DNA of 64,000 bases from the human T2T-CHM13v2.0 reference genome, Homo sapiens, in the NCBI RefSeq assembly GCF_009914755.1, contig NC_060940.1; one strand, written 5' to 3'. The first letter of the stretch is position 1, and each line of letters opens with the position of its first letter. Positions 61,448-64,000 of this stretch are shown here, piece after piece. The position numbers were made by a program, and so were the translations under genes. The notes below the pieces were generated by a model. It did not search any database. It was not told the origin of the DNA and worked only from the letters and a program-made list of their open reading frames with translations.

Positions 61448-62275
61448 TCCTAAATTTTACGTGCAAGGTTTTGCATCTGTAGAGGAAGACAGGATTCTCA
61501 GTGCATGTGCCAATTTTTGGGTTTTCCACTTGAGAATCTTCACCAGTTTTCTCTTCAGAATCAAATTCCTGACTATCTGGTGCTTCAGAGTTATCCAGAG
61601 GTTCATCATTCAGTCTCTGGGTTGCCTCTGTCATATACTGTACTCTGCCGCTTTTGCCAATTGTTTACTCTCCTTTTCCAAGTGGTCAATTTCATTGTTC
61701 TTTCTTCAATTTCTCTGTGAAGCCTCTCATTTTCCTTAAGTGTTTCATAGAGGGTGTTCCTTTGTTCTGCTACTTCTCTCCAATATTGAGGGGATAAATT
61801 TCATTTAATCCTAAAATCAAATGCTTCTTGGGTGACTCCTCCAAGATTTTAATTGTCACTCTATTCTGGGACAATGACAACTCTAGAGTGGGAAGTCCTG
61901 GCTGTCAACTGGTCATTCCAATGCTTCCTCTTGGATATGCTTTGGGCCAGTCACTTTTTTTTTTTTTTTTTTTTCCGACAAGAGATCTGGCTGTGGAAGG
62001 ATGAATCATCTTCAGAGTTCTTCTTGGGGAGAAACTGTTCTTTACATCTTTGATTCCTCCTTGTTTCTACTTTATCCTAGGATTCATTATACAGCTGGTA
62101 AAGCACAAAAGATGGGAGGAGAGGATTAATGATCATAGTGAATTCAGGTGACTGTGGCACAGCCAACCTACATTGATCCCCACTGTCGCTGGAGTGGCTG
62201 GGGCACACTGCTGAAAAGACTTACTCCTCTTGAACATACTCCTTTGAGTAGTTTTTATATATGTAATTTTGCATA

Positions 62276-62937
<662 letters not shown>

Positions 62938-63031
62938 TTAGAATTAACACTAATATTATATTTTCTTTGTGCATTTTTTTTCTTAAGTGGTTCAAAAGAA
63001 AGTACAGACATCATGATATTAAACCCTAAAT

Positions 63032-63252
63032 CAGTGGCTCTCAACTGAGGTTGACTTTGACCCTTGTCCTCCGCAAGAGGACTTTTGGCACTGTCTGGAG
63101 ACAATGTTGGTTGTCACAAAAGGAAGCATGCCTGCATCCCTGGTAGAGATCAGGGATGTTACTAAACATGCTACAATGCACAGGACTGCCCCCTCCAAAA
63201 CAAAGAATTATCTGGTTCTAAATGCCGGTAGTGCTGAGGTTGAAAACCTTTG
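63032..63252 (+). mobile_element. MER20
   Basis: cagtggctctcaac...acaaagaattatctgg; 8-bp TSD (cc/gt)ctaaat. Confidence 0.85.
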
Positions 63253-63489
63253 GTCTAAATGATTAAGAATGCGTTTCTTAAAATGCAAAATTTCACATAA
63301 CCACATAGCACCATCACTTCTAACAAAGAGAAAAATAACTCTTTAAAATTGTCTAATAACCAGTCCATGTTTCCCCACCATTCCACTAAAATGTTTTTTA
63401 CAGCTGGTTTTAGCAAACACTTTCCATTTTATTAGCACTGTTAATAGAATCTCACTCTAAATGACTACAGAATAGTCTGTTAAATGGAT

Positions 63490-64000
63490 TCCCTGAAATT
63501 TATTCAAAGGATCTATTTTTGGATATTAGTTTTGCTTCCAGGTTTTAGACAAATTATATTTTTGTAAATAATGAGAGTTTACTTCTTTTCTAACTTTGTG
63601 CCTTTTCTTTCTTTTATTTGCCTTATGTTCTGGCTAAAAACTTCAGTAAATACTGAACACAGCATATGAGAGTGGGCATCCTTTTGTTGTTCCAGATTTT
63701 AGGAGAAAAAGATTTAATATTTTATTAAGTATGATATTAACTGTAGGTTTTTAAAGATGAACGTTATCATATTGGAGATGGTCCCATCTATTCCTAGTTT
63801 CACTGAGCGTTTTTATCATAAAGAACTAATGATTTCTGTCAAATTTTTTTTCTGTGTATTTTGAAACGATCAAATGGTTTTCAAACTCTTACTCTGTTAT
63901 AGTATGATGAATTATATTGATTGATTTTCATTAAACCAACCTTGCTTTCTTGGAATAAACCTTGCTTGGTCATGATGTATTATTCTTTATATGTATGTAT
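63490..64000 (-). mobile_element. Old L1M ORF2 fragment
   Basis: tgagagtgggcatcctt...tgttccagattttaggagaaa...ctattcctagttt. Confidence 0.75.

Larger units (their letters stand above)
59969..62220 (-). pseudogene. GMNN: Processed pseudogene of geminin (5' UTR, full CDS remnant, 3' UTR, poly(A) remnant), interrupted by LTR8 and L1PB
   Basis: Intronless minus-strand translation from ATG 62087 to TAA 61457: MNPRIK*KQGGIKDVKNSFSPRRTLKMIHP...SKRKHWNDQLT...NLGGVTQEAFDF...[29 protein letters not shown]...[38 protein letters not shown]...DAKPCT*, colinear with human geminin. Multiple stops and frameshifts. 59980-60190 resembles the GMNN 3' UTR as I recall it; T-run 59969-59978 is the poly(A) remnant; possible degenerate TSD cc(c/t)cttgaa(t/c)at at 59952-59963 and 62226-62237. 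Confidence 0.93.

Noticed and set aside
61416-61634. 72-aa geminin-like ORF as a functional microprotein
   Set aside because: Internal fragment of a multiply disabled retrocopy that frameshifts and runs into L1 sequence; no promoter or expression evidence.

Overview
Human genomic DNA (intact human-specific AluYa5 and AluYg6 copies), non-coding and dominated by transposable elements: about 38 Alus, MIR, L1/L2 fragments, MaLR/ERV LTRs (THE1, MST, MLT, LTR9, LTR8, LTR33, LTR16) and hAT MERs. I find no intact protein-coding exon, RNA gene or CRISPR array. Nearly all listed ORFs are Alu/LTR/L1 read-through or chance. The one gene-derived sequence I can identify is a full-length, disabled processed pseudogene of geminin (GMNN) on the minus strand (~59,969-62,220), whose 3' UTR is split by an LTR8 and an L1PB. 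From memory, GMNN pseudogenes lie on chr16p, which would place the window there (unverified). Most notable structures: (i) a ~23-unit minisatellite amplified from a MIR core directly upstream of a CCAAT/GC-box promoter-like element with a splice donor; (ii) three non-tandem local templated copies 1-2 kb from their partners, including an Alu fragment traceable to one neighbouring Alu; (iii) an unidentified retro-like insert splitting an LTR33; (iv) a near-consensus CTCF site and several repeat-free, motif-dense islands. None of this demonstrates a new biological system. Repeat subfamily calls come from recalled consensus sequences, and old-element boundaries are approximate.
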